A DNA stretch of 64,000 bases from an uncultured Actinomycetota bacterium (GTDB taxonomy: Bacteria > Actinomycetota > Actinomycetes > Actinomycetales > Microbacteriaceae). The stretch's first letter is position 1; every line of letters begins with the position of its first letter. The stretch lies in assembly GCA_963758615.1 (NCBI GenBank), contig CAVWVZ010000011.1, positions 302,369 through 366,368 of the forward strand. Direction: 5' to 3'. Position numbers and translations under genes: made by a program. The notes beneath the pieces were generated by a model. It saw only the letters and a list, made by a program, of their open reading frames with translations. It did not search any database and was not told where the DNA came from. This document shows, in pieces, positions 29,504 through 38,796 of the stretch.

Positions 29504-30343
29504 TCAGGGACGGCCGGTGAACCGCTCCATCGTGCGGTAGACGCCGAACCCGTCGCCGACGATGCGGTCGAACGCCCGCGTCGGCAGCAGGCCGCGCAGC
29601 GCGCGCGAGAACCCGACGCTCCAGGGCAGCTGCACGAGCGGCCGCCCGGCGAGCATGGCGCGCCACACCCGGTCGACGACGTACTCGGGCTCGAGGACCG
29701 GCGCGAGCACCGGCCCGCGAGCACCCGCGAACATTCCCGTGGAGATGTAGCTCGGCGTGACGGTGGTGACCTTCACGTTGCCGTGGTCGGCCTGCTCGAG
29801 CTCGAGGCGCAGCGAGTCGCTCCACCCGATGAGCGCGGCCTTCGATGCGGCGTAGACCGCCATGCGCGGATTGGCGAGCGTGCCCGCCGCCGAGGCGATG
29901 TTCACGATGCGCGCCTCACGATATGCGTTCGCCATCATGCCGGGCAGGAACTCGCGGGTGATGTACATCGGCGCGAGCGCGTTGACCTGCATGGTGGGGC
30001 GGGTGTCGTCGCCGTTGTCGGTCGCCCAGAAGTACCGGTTGCCGCGCACGATGCCCGCGTTGTTGATGAGCACGTCGGGGTTGCCGACCTCCTTGCGCAC
30101 CTTCTGCGCGGTCTTCGCGATTGCGCCGAGGTCGCCCACGTCGACCACGAACGACGAGATGCGAGTGCGGCCCTGCGAGACCGAGCCCAGCGCATCGACG
30201 GTGCGCGCGAGGGCGAAGGAGTCACGATCCCAGAGGGTGACGGATGCCGCGCGCTCGGCCACCGCGCGCTCGGCGTACATGCGCCCCATGCCGCCGGCCG
30301 CACCCGTGATGAGCACTCTCGCGCCACGCACCGTTCTCGTCAT
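29504..30343 (-). CDS. Short-chain dehydrogenase/reductase
   Basis: TGAAGGMG, NNAG, catalytic YAASK. Confidence 0.92.
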   Translation of the reverse strand: MTRTVRGARVLITGAAGGMGRMYAERAVAERAASVTLWDRDSFALARTVDALGSVSQGRTRISSFVVDVGDLGAIAKTAQKVRKEVGNPDVLINNAGIVRGNRYFWATDNGDDTRPTMQVNALAPMYITREFLPGMMANAYREARIVNIASAAGTLANPRMAVYAASKAALIGWSDSLRLELEQADHGNVKVTTVTPSYISTGMFAGARGPVLAPVLEPEYVVDRVWRAMLAGRPLVQLPWSVGFSRALRGLLPTRAFDRIVGDGFGVYRTMERFTGRP

Positions 30344-30396
30344 CCCTCAATCTTCGCGCACGCGGCATCCAACCCGATGCCTGCTGCGGCAGCACC

Positions 30397-31683
30397 TCAC
30401 CCGCGCGCAACGCCGCCTGCTCGGGCGATGACGGCCCGACGGTGCAGCAGGCCCTCCTCCCGCTCGTTCGAGGTCATCGCAGCGGCGCGTTCGAACTCGA
30501 TCGCGGCCTCCTCGTTCCGGCCGAGCCGAAGGTACAGGTCGCCCCGCACGGCCGGCACGAGGTGATAGCCGCGAAGCGATTCGAATCCAGCGAGTTGCTC
30601 GAGCAGCTCGAGCCCTGCCTCAGGCCCATATGCCCGGCCGAGCGCGACCGCGCGATTCAACTCGACCACGGGCGACCCCGTGAGGCCGGCCAGTTCCTCG
30701 TACAGATCGGCGACGCGCGGCCAATCGGTGTCGCCGACGGATGCCGCGCGCGCGTGCTCGGCGGCGATGGCGGCTTGCAGCAGGTAGGGGCCACGAGCGG
30801 CGTCCGCGCGCGACGCGGCCACGAGCGCCTCAGCTCGGGCGAGGGCTTCGAGCCCACGGCTGATGCGCGAGGCATCCCACCGCTCGCGGTCCTGGTCGTC
30901 GAGGAGGATCGGCTCGCCGTCGGCTCCGGCGCGTGCGGCGAGCCTCGAGGACTGGAGCTCCATGAGCGCCGAGAGCCCGTGCACCTCGGCGTCGTCGGGC
31001 ACGAGCGCCGTGAGGATGCGGCCGAGCCGCACCGCCTCGTCGCAGAGCTGCGGTCGCATCCAGTCCGCGCCCTCCGTTGCGGAATAGCCCTCGTTGAAGA
31101 GCAGGTAGATGACGCCGAGCACCGTCGTCAGGCGCTCGGCGCGCTCGGCGCCGCTCGGCTCCTCGATCGCGGCGTCAGCCTCGGTCAGGGTGCGCTTGGC
31201 TCGGGAGATGCGCTGCGCGATCGTGGCCTCGGGGGCCAAGTGGGCCCGCGCGATCTCACGCGTCGAGAGTCCGGCGACGAGCTTGAGGGTCAGCGTGCTC
31301 TGCGCTTCGGTGGTGAGAGCGGGGTGGCAGCAGATGAACATGAGCCGCAGCACGTCGTCCTCGACGTGGTCGATGCCCGCACCGGGGTCGTCATCGGCGG
31401 TCTCGGCCAGGTCGCGGGCGATCATCGCGGCGGCCCGGTCGTGCTTGGCGCGCTCGCGGAACGCGTCGATCGCGCGACGCTTCGCGGTGGTCATCAGCCA
31501 GGCGCCGGGTTTCTCGGGGATCCCCGAGACGGGCCACTGCGCGAGCGCGGCGACGATCGCGTCCTGCGCGACGTCCTCGGCGAGCCCGACGTCGCGCACG
31601 ATGCGCACGAGCGCGGCGATGAGCCGCGTCGACTCCAGTCGCCAGACCGCCTCGATGGCGGCGCGTGTGGTCTCGTCTCCCAC
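30397..31683 (-). CDS. ECF42-type sigma factor with a C-terminal TPR/DUF6596 extension
   Basis: AEDVAQDAIVAAL..W, PGAWLMTTAKRRAID, DDVLRLMFICCHP, QRISRAK, YLLFNEGY, YLLQAAIAA, SPVVELNRAVA; downstream of a YciI/DGPF gene. Confidence 0.9.
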   Translation of the reverse strand: MGDETTRAAIEAVWRLESTRLIAALVRIVRDVGLAEDVAQDAIVAALAQWPVSGIPEKPGAWLMTTAKRRAIDAFRERAKHDRAAAMIARDLAETADDDPGAGIDHVEDDVLRLMFICCHPALTTEAQSTLTLKLVAGLSTREIARAHLAPEATIAQRISRAKRTLTEADAAIEEPSGAERAERLTTVLGVIYLLFNEGYSATEGADWMRPQLCDEAVRLGRILTALVPDDAEVHGLSALMELQSSRLAARAGADGEPILLDDQDRERWDASRISRGLEALARAEALVAASRADAARGPYLLQAAIAAEHARAASVGDTDWPRVADLYEELAGLTGSPVVELNRAVALGRAYGPEAGLELLEQLAGFESLRGYHLVPAVRGDLYLRLGRNEEAAIEFERAAAMTSNEREEGLLHRRAVIARAGGVARG

Positions 31684-31743
31684 GGGAGTGATCCGACCAC
31701 ACGCGCCGCCGACGACGCAAGCGTGTGGAATGCCGGGTGGCTG

Positions 31744-32097
31744 CTAGAACTCCGCGATCTGGCGGATCTCGACGCTGCCCTCCCACCCGGGCCAGTGATC
31801 CTTGTGGATCTGCATGAGCCGCCGCCCGAGCTCGAGTGCCTCCTCGCGCGAGCGGACCTCGATGACGGCATAGCCGCCGACGAGCTCCTTCGCCTCGGTG
31901 AACGGACCGTCGACTGCCTTGATGTTCCCGTCGACGAGCGACACGATCGCACCGGCCGCGCTCGGCAGCAGACCTTCGCTCTCGATGAGCACGCCGTTCG
32001 CGCGGCCCCATCGGTCGTACTCGGCCATCGCCTCGTAGACTCCGGGCGGCGCCTCGCCGTTCGACTCCCTGGACGTGATCAGGCACATGTATCGCAT
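31744..32097 (-). CDS. YciI/DGPF family protein
   Basis: VDGPFTEAKELVGGY and VEIRQI motifs. Confidence 0.92.
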   Translation of the reverse strand: MRYMCLITSRESNGEAPPGVYEAMAEYDRWGRANGVLIESEGLLPSAAGAIVSLVDGNIKAVDGPFTEAKELVGGYAVIEVRSREEALELGRRLMQIHKDHWPGWEGSVEIRQIAEF

Positions 32098-32147
32098 GGG
32101 ATCCCTCTTCCATGAGGCGTGCTCGGTCGGCTCGCCTTCACGATAGC

Positions 32148-32174
32148 GTCGGCGGCTCCCTCCGGTTCTCGACA
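32148..32174 (-). promoter_or_regulatory. ECF42-type promoter for the yciI-sigma operon
   Basis: Minus strand TGTCGA (32174-32169), N17, CGAC (32151-32148). Confidence 0.65.
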
Positions 32175-32200
32175 TCGGTCCCAGGAATTTCTTCGAGAGA

Positions 32201-32227
32201 TGTCGAGAATCGCCGTACCACCGCGAC
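32201..32227 (+). promoter_or_regulatory. ECF42-type promoter for the DUF998 gene
   Basis: TGTCGA (32201-32206), N17, CGAC (32224-32227). Confidence 0.65.
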
Positions 32228-32272
32228 GACCTGGTGAGCGGCCGGGTTCGACGGTCGCACCGACGGAAGGAC

Positions 32273-32959
32273 ATGACGATGACCACCACAACGCACGCGG
32301 CGACCGATGCCTCGCGCCGGATCGCCCACGCCGACGGCCGCACCGACCGGGCACTCGTGACCGCCGGCGCCGTCGCCGGGCCTGTCTTCGTGCTCACCGC
32401 GGCCGTGCAGACGGTGTCCCGTGACGGGTTCGACCTCACGCGGCAACCGATCAGCCTGCTCTCGCTCGGCGATGCCGGCTGGGTGCAGATCACGAACTTC
32501 ATCCTCGCCGGGGTGCTCATGCTCGGCTTCGCCGTCGGTGCGGGACGCGCGTTGCGGGGCGGGCCGTCGCGCCGGTGGGCGCCGTGGCTCTTCGGCGTCT
32601 TCGGCATCGGACTCATGATCGGCGGTGCGTTCACCGCGGACCCGGCGCTCGGCTTCCCGGCCGGCGCGCCCGAAGGCATACCCCTGACGATGAGCTTCCA
32701 TGCGATGGTGCACGCGGTCGCCCCGCCGCTCGCGTTCACCGCCCTCGTCATCGGGATGTTCGTGGTCGCGCACCGGCTCGCATGGGAGGGCCGACGCGGC
32801 GTGGCAGTGTGGACTCGAATCGCGGCGGTCGCGTGCTTCGCACTCTCGATTCCGGTGGGACCCGGCTTCAGCGTGCGTCTCTTCCTTGCCGTGGCGCTCG
32901 GCTTCGGATGGATCACCGCCTACGCCGTCTCGTTGCTCCGGCGGCCGAACGTCGCGTAG
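32273..32959 (+). CDS. DUF998 family membrane protein
   Basis: RDGFDLTRQPISLLSLG, WVQITNF, GAFTADP...GFP, HAMVH; about six TM segments. Confidence 0.85.
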   Translation: MTMTTTTHAATDASRRIAHADGRTDRALVTAGAVAGPVFVLTAAVQTVSRDGFDLTRQPISLLSLGDAGWVQITNFILAGVLMLGFAVGAGRALRGGPSRRWAPWLFGVFGIGLMIGGAFTADPALGFPAGAPEGIPLTMSFHAMVHAVAPPLAFTALVIGMFVVAHRLAWEGRRGVAVWTRIAAVACFALSIPVGPGFSVRLFLAVALGFGWITAYAVSLLRRPNVA

Positions 32960-33029
32960 CCCGGCGCGGCATGCGTCACTGACCATTTCGGCTCGACGAT
33001 ACGGATGCCGCGTATGCGAGCATGGGCGC

Positions 33030-33518
33030 ATGCCGAACTCCGACATCCGATTGGTGGCGAAGAACGACGCGCAGCTGGAGCGCTGGCTCGTCGAGTCGAT
33101 GGCCGAGTACGAGAAGGCCCGCATCGCGGCGGGCGACACCGCCGAGCAGGCGGTCGCGGCGCGCAAGGAGTCGGAGGCGCGGTTCTTCCCCGACCGACGG
33201 CCCGCCGCGGGCCAGCTCATCTTCACGGTGCTCGTCGATGGTGACGATGCGGGCTGGCTGTGGATCGGCCCGTGGAAGGACACCGACGGCGACGGCGGAG
33301 ACGGCGACCCGTGGTGGGTGTGGGACATCCGCGTGCACGAGGCATTCCAGCGTCGCGGAATCGGTCGCGCGACGATGCTCGAGGCCGAGCGCATCGCCCG
33401 TGAGCACGGTGCCGCGTCGCTCGGGCTGAACGTGTTCGCCAACAACGTGGCGGCGATCAGGCTCTACGAGAGCCTCGGGTACCTCACGACGTCGCTGCAC
33501 ATGTTCAAGGACGTCTGA
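33030..33518 (+). CDS. GNAT acetyltransferase
   Basis: WDIRVHEAFQRRGIG, LNVFANNVAAIRLYESLGY. Confidence 0.9.
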   Translation: MPNSDIRLVAKNDAQLERWLVESMAEYEKARIAAGDTAEQAVAARKESEARFFPDRRPAAGQLIFTVLVDGDDAGWLWIGPWKDTDGDGGDGDPWWVWDIRVHEAFQRRGIGRATMLEAERIAREHGAASLGLNVFANNVAAIRLYESLGYLTTSLHMFKDV

Positions 33519-33653
33519 GCCCTCGGGCGCTCCGTCCCCCGGTCGCCCGCCCGGCCTGCGGCTCTGTTACGTCGCGGGTCGTCGCCGCTTACCGCCGTGC
33601 AGCACCTCGGATATTTTCGGGACATCCCCCGTCCCGTCCGCCGAGGAGCAGTG

Positions 33654-34538
33654 ATGACCACGTCATCCGCAGGCAATGAGCCGACCGCCCAGGTGGTCGC
33701 GCGCGCCGCGGGCGACGTCGTGACTGCGGCTCCGATCTCGTTCCACGGGGTCGGGCGCACATTCGGCTCGGCAGATGCCGCGCGCCCTGTGCTGCGCGAC
33801 ATCGACCTCGAGGTCGCCGCCGGCGAGATCGTCGCGATCCTCGGCCCGAGCGGCTGCGGCAAGTCGACCCTGCTGCGCATCGCGGGCGGCCTCGACCGGC
33901 CGTCCGACGGTGTCGTCGCCATCGACGGCAGCACCGTCGCACCGTTCGACGCACGCTCGGCGGTGGGGTTCCAGGAGCCGCGGCTGCTGCCGTGGCGAAC
34001 GGTCGCCGGCAACATCGCCCTCGGCCTGCCGCGAGGCACCGCGCGCGACGCCGGTCGCGCGCACGTCGCCCGGCTGCTCGAACTCGTCGGGCTCGCCGAC
34101 TTCGCCGAGCACCGGCCGCGCGAGGTGTCGGGCGGCATGGCACAGCGCACCTCCCTGGCGCGCGCCCTCGCGCGCAACCCGGCGGTGCTGCTGCTCGACG
34201 AACCCTTCGGCGCACTCGACGCCCTGACCCGGCTGAAGATGCAGGACCTGCTGCTCGACGTGCACGCGGCCGAGCCCACCACCGTGCTGCTCGTCACGCA
34301 TGACGTCGACGAGGCGTTGCAGCTCGCAGACCGGGTCATCCTGCTCGGCAACGACGGCGACCGGCCGGGTGCCCGCATCCAGCAGACCGTCGTCGTACCG
34401 GGCCACCGTCCGCGCGACCGGGGCTCGGCCGAGCTCGCCGAACTCCGCGGACGCCTGCTCGACGGACTCGGCATCGACCGGCACGGCGACGCCCGCGGCG
34501 TGCCCACCACGACGACCATCCCGCACTACCCGTACTGA
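33654..34538 (+). CDS. Sulfonate/nitrate-type ABC ATPase (SsuB/TauB-like)
   Basis: GPSGCGKST, FQEPRLLPW, VSGGMAQR, LLLDEPFGALDALTR, VTHDVDEA. Confidence 0.92.
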   Translation: MTTSSAGNEPTAQVVARAAGDVVTAAPISFHGVGRTFGSADAARPVLRDIDLEVAAGEIVAILGPSGCGKSTLLRIAGGLDRPSDGVVAIDGSTVAPFDARSAVGFQEPRLLPWRTVAGNIALGLPRGTARDAGRAHVARLLELVGLADFAEHRPREVSGGMAQRTSLARALARNPAVLLLDEPFGALDALTRLKMQDLLLDVHAAEPTTVLLVTHDVDEALQLADRVILLGNDGDRPGARIQQTVVVPGHRPRDRGSAELAELRGRLLDGLGIDRHGDARGVPTTTTIPHYPY

Positions 34539-34550
34539 CCGACAAACGCC

Positions 34551-34622
34551 GATCGAGTGGCCGAAGGCTGTATCGAGATCACCGCATCAGGTCTCGATAC
34601 GCGCCTCCGGCGCTACTCGACC
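34551..34622. repeat. REP-like inverted doublet inside the ABC operon
   Basis: GATCGAGTGG...GTATCGAGATC, then GGTCTCGATACGCGCCTCCGGCGCTACTCGACC. Confidence 0.75.
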
Positions 34623-34645
34623 GGCGAGAAGCTGAAGGAGTCACC

Positions 34646-35680
34646 ATGTCCCGTCCCCCGTTCCTCCGATCCGCGCTCGTCGCGGGTGCCGCCGCCGCGG
34701 CGCTGCTGCTCTCGGGCTGCGTCGCCGGCGAAGGCCAGGCCTCCGAGCCCGAGCCCGCCGAGTCGGGCGAGGCCGTCTCGCTCGAGGGCCAGACGCTCAA
34801 CATCGACTTCGCCACGTACAACCCGCTGAGCCTCGTCATCAAGGACCAGGGCTGGCTCGAAGAGGCCGGCCTCGAGGTCACGTGGGTGCAGTCGGCCGGG
34901 TCGAACAAGGCCAACGAAGCGCTGCGCGCCGGCGCGATCGACGTCGGCTCCACGGCCGGCTCGGCCGCCCTGCTCGCCCGCTCGAACGGCTCGCCGATCC
35001 AGGTCATCGACATCTACTCCCAGCCCGAGTGGGCGGCGCTCGTGGCTCCCGAAGGCTCGCCGATCGCGTCGGTCGAAGACCTGAAGGGCAAGCAGGTCGC
35101 GGTCACCAAGGGCACCGATCCCTACTTCTTCCTGCTGCAGTCGCTCGAGGCCGAAGGTCTCGCACCCGAGGACATCACGGTGCAGAACCTGCAGCACGCC
35201 GACGGCTGGGCGGCCCTGCAGAACGGGTCGGTCGACGCGTGGTCGGGCCTCGACCCGATCATGGCCGGCGCTGAGGAGGCCGGAGCGACGCTGTTCTACC
35301 GCAACGTCGACTTCAACAGCTACGGCTTCCTGAACGCCACCGAGTCGTTCATCGCCGAGAAGCCCGAGGTCGCGCAGGCGGTCGTCGACGCCTACGAGTC
35401 CGCTCGCGCGTGGGCCGTCGAGAACCCAGAGGAGACCGCCGCGATCCTCGCCGAGGTCGCGGCGCTCGATACGGCCGTCGCGACGAAGGTCATCGACGAG
35501 CGCACCAACCTCGACGTCGACAACGTGCCCGGTGACGCACAGGTCGCGGTGCTCGAGAAGATCGGCCCGATCTTCGTCGAGCTCGGCGACGTCGCGAGCC
35601 AGCAGCAGGTCGACGAGGCGCTCGCCTCGCTCATCAACGACACGTTCGCCACGCAGGCCGACTCGGCCCGCTTCGAGTGA
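34646..35680 (+). CDS. Aliphatic sulfonate-type ABC substrate-binding lipoprotein (SsuA-like)
   Basis: Lipobox LLSGC, DFATYNPLSL, GSNKANE, TKGTDPY, DAWSGLDP. Confidence 0.88.
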   Translation: MSRPPFLRSALVAGAAAAALLLSGCVAGEGQASEPEPAESGEAVSLEGQTLNIDFATYNPLSLVIKDQGWLEEAGLEVTWVQSAGSNKANEALRAGAIDVGSTAGSAALLARSNGSPIQVIDIYSQPEWAALVAPEGSPIASVEDLKGKQVAVTKGTDPYFFLLQSLEAEGLAPEDITVQNLQHADGWAALQNGSVDAWSGLDPIMAGAEEAGATLFYRNVDFNSYGFLNATESFIAEKPEVAQAVVDAYESARAWAVENPEETAAILAEVAALDTAVATKVIDERTNLDVDNVPGDAQVAVLEKIGPIFVELGDVASQQQVDEALASLINDTFATQADSARFE

Positions 35681-35686
35681 GGTTCG

Positions 35687-35756
35687 CTCCGGGGGTGGGA
35701 ACCCGACATTTCGACGGGCTGACCGCAGTCCGTACGTCGGAAGACCACCCCCGGAG
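35687..35756 (+). promoter_or_regulatory. Long intercistronic hairpin after the binding-protein gene
   Basis: CTCCGGGGGTGG (35687-98) / CCACCCCCGGAG (35745-56), with inner CCGAC/GTCGG pairing. Confidence 0.55.
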
Positions 35757-35783
35757 TGGGCGCGGAGAGAGGGAGCAGGACCC

Positions 35784-36713
35784 ATGAGCGAAGCGGATGC
35801 CGCCACGTCGGTCGATCGCGGGTTCGCTGCGCCCGTGACCGACGGCGGACTCGCGGTCGCCGCCGCCGGTCCGGTCGGACCGTCGGGCGTCGACCGGCCC
35901 GAGCGCCCGCTCGGCCACCAGCCGTCCCCCACGTCCGGGTCGGCGCGTCGCCGGCTCGTCGACCGCCGCTGGTTCCGGGTGGTCGGCGGCGCCGTCATCC
36001 CGGTCGTGCTGCTCATCACGTGGCAGCTCGTGTCGACGAGCGGGCTCGTCCCCGTGTCGATGCTGCCGACGCCCGAGATGGTGTGGCTCGCCGCCGTCGA
36101 CCTCGCGCAGCGCGGTCTGCTCGGCCTCTACGTCGCCATCTCGACGCAGCGCGTGTTCCTCGGCTTCGCGTTCGGCGCGGCGCTCGGCCTCGCCTTCGGC
36201 GCGGTCGTGGGGCTCTCCAAGCTCGGCGACATCCTGCTCTCCCCGACGCTCGGTGCGATCCGCGCGGTGCCGTCGCTCGCGTGGGTTCCGCTGCTGATCC
36301 TCTGGTTCAAGATCGGCGAGGACTCGAAGATCATCCTCATCGCGATCGGCGCGTTCTTCCCCGTGTACACGATCGTCGCCGCCGCCCTGCGCCACGTCGA
36401 TCGCCACCTGCTCGAGGCCGGTCGGGCATTCGGCCTGCGCGGCGTCCCGCTGTTCACGACGGTGCAGCTGCCCGCGGTCGTGCCGTCGGTCATCTCGGCG
36501 CTCCGCCTCGCACTCGCGCAGGCGTGGCTCTTCCTCGTCGCCGCCGAGCTCATCGCGAGCTCGATGGGCCTCGGGTTCCTGCTCGTCGACTCGGGCAACA
36601 ACGGCCGCATCGACCGCATCTTCCTCGCGATCATCCTGCTCGCCGTGCTCGGCAAGCTCACCGACTCGCTCGTGGGACTCTTCGAGCGCTGGGCGATCAA
36701 GCGATGGGCGTGA
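35784..36713 (+). CDS. Sulfonate-type ABC permease (SsuC-like)
   Basis: STQRVFLGF, RAVPSLAW, GAFFPVY, EAA loop LLEAGRAFG, WLFLVAAEL. Confidence 0.9.
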   Translation: MSEADAATSVDRGFAAPVTDGGLAVAAAGPVGPSGVDRPERPLGHQPSPTSGSARRRLVDRRWFRVVGGAVIPVVLLITWQLVSTSGLVPVSMLPTPEMVWLAAVDLAQRGLLGLYVAISTQRVFLGFAFGAALGLAFGAVVGLSKLGDILLSPTLGAIRAVPSLAWVPLLILWFKIGEDSKIILIAIGAFFPVYTIVAAALRHVDRHLLEAGRAFGLRGVPLFTTVQLPAVVPSVISALRLALAQAWLFLVAAELIASSMGLGFLLVDSGNNGRIDRIFLAIILLAVLGKLTDSLVGLFERWAIKRWA

Positions 36714-38751
36714 ACGACGCGCCCTCGACGGCACCCCGCACCGCACCGGCACCGGCCCCGCGATCACGACCCTCGCGCACGAATCGCGGACGTATCCGCC
36801 CGACCCCGCCTTCGCTGCGACCGCCAATGCCGACGCCGCGTTCGTCGCCGCGGCAGCGGCCGACCCGCTCGCATTCTGGGCACGCGAGTCCGAGCGGCTC
36901 GATTGGGCCGAGCCCTGGCACACCCTGCACGAGTGGCAGCCGACGGATGCCTCGGCCACGACGATCCCCCAGGCCACGTGGTTCGCGGGCGGGCGCCTGA
37001 ACGTCGCCGTCAACTGCGTCGACCGGCACGTCGCTGCGGGCCGCGGCGAACGTGTCGCGTTCCACTTCGAGGGCGAACGCGGCGACCGCCGCTCGCTCAC
37101 CTACGCCGAGCTCCAGCGCGAGGTGTCGCGCGCCGCGAACGCCCTCGCCGCCCTCGGCATCGGCCGCGGCGACCGGGTCGTCATCTACCTGCCCGTGCTG
37201 CTCGAGACCGTCATCGCCACGCTCGCGATCGCGCGCCTCGGGGCGATCCACTCGCTCGTGTTCGGCGGGTTCTCGGCCGAGGCGCTGCGGTTCCGCGTCG
37301 CCGACACGGGAGCGAAGCTGCTCATCACGAGCGACGGCCAGTTCCGCCGCGGCACGGCGGTCGCGGTGAAGGCCGCGGCCGACGAGGCCGTGGCGGGGCT
37401 CGACCACGTCGAGCACGTGCTCGTCGTGCGCCGCACCGGCGACGAGACGCCCGGCATCCCGTGGACCCCGGGTCGCGACGTGTGGTGGCACGACGCCGTC
37501 GGCGGGGCATCCGATCATCACGACGCCGAGTTCTTCGACGCCGAGACGCCGCTCTTCATCATCTACACGTCGGGCACGACCGGCCGGCCGAAGGGGCTCG
37601 TGCACACGAGCGGCGGGTACCTCACGCACGCGGCCTCGACGTTCCGCTCGGTGTTCGACGCGAAGCCCGACACCGACGTGTACTGGTGCACTGCCGACCT
37701 CGCGTGGGTGACCGCCCACTCGTACGTGCTCTACGGTCCGCTGCTCAACGGCGTGACCAGCGTCATCTACGAGGGCACGCCGAACACGCCGCACCCCGGC
37801 CGGCACTTCGAGGTCATCGAGCGCTACGGGGTCACGACGTACTACACGGCGCCGACGCTGATCCGCTCGTTCATGAGCTGGTTCCCCGAAGGCGTGCCCG
37901 CCGCCTACGACCGCTCGACGATCCGCCTGCTCGGATCGGTCGGCGAGGCGATCAACCCCGCGGCGTGGGAGTGGTTCCGCGACGAACTCGGCGCCGGCAG
38001 CGCACCGATCGTCGACACCTGGTGGCAGTCCGAGACGGGCGCGGCGGTCATGGCGCCGCTGCCCGGACTCTCGACACTGAAGCCCGGCTCGTCGCTTCGC
38101 GCGCTGCCCGGGCTCACGACCCGCGTCGTCGACGAGCTCGGCGACGACGTCGCCCGCGGCGAGGGCGGCTACCTCGTGATCGACGGCACCTGGCCCGGGA
38201 TGGCCCGCACCGTGTGGGGCGACCCCGAGCGGTACCGCGACTCGTACTGGGCGCGGTTCGCGGGCCGCGGCTACTTCTTCTCGGGCGACGGCGCGAAGGT
38301 CGACGCCGACGGCGACATCTGGCTGCTCGGACGCGTCGACGACGTCATCAACGTGTCGGGGCACCGGCTCTCGACGATCGAGATCGAGTCGGCGCTCGTC
38401 GCCCACCCCGAGGTCGCCGAGGCCGGCGTCGTCGGGGTGACCGATGGCACGACGGGCGAGGCGATCGCCGCGTTCGTGGTCACCGGCGACGGCGTCGAAG
38501 GGCGGGCGGATGCCTCGGCTGATGTCGCCGCTCGGGCGCGGGCGCTGCGCACCCACGTGACGACCGCGATCGGGCCGATCGCGAAGCCCCGCGACATCCT
38601 GTTCGTCGCCGAGCTTCCGAAGACCCGCTCCGGCAAGATCATGCGGCGGTTGCTCGTCGACCTCGCCGAGGGTCGTGCGCTCGGCGACACGACGTCGCTG
38701 CAGGACGGCGAGGTGCCCGCGCGCATCGCGGCCGTGCTGGCGGCTCGCTGA
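36710..38751 (+). CDS. acs: Acetyl-CoA synthetase; a missing base near 36730-36760 separates the coupled GTG start from the main frame
   Basis: WFAGGRLNVAVNCVDRH upstream of the ORF-track start, YTSGTTGRPKG, GSVGEAIN, DTWWQSETG, YFFSGDGA, PKTRSGKIMRR. Confidence 0.9.
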
Positions 38752-38752
38752 T

Positions 38753-38796
38753 CCGCTGCCCGCTGCCCGCTGCTCGCTGACGCTGACCCGCTGACC
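38753..38796. repeat. Short tandem repeat (CCGCTGC-like, about 6 copies) between convergent stops
   Basis: CCGCTGC CCGCTGC CCGCTGC TCGCTGA CGCTGA CCCGCTGA. Confidence 0.55.
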
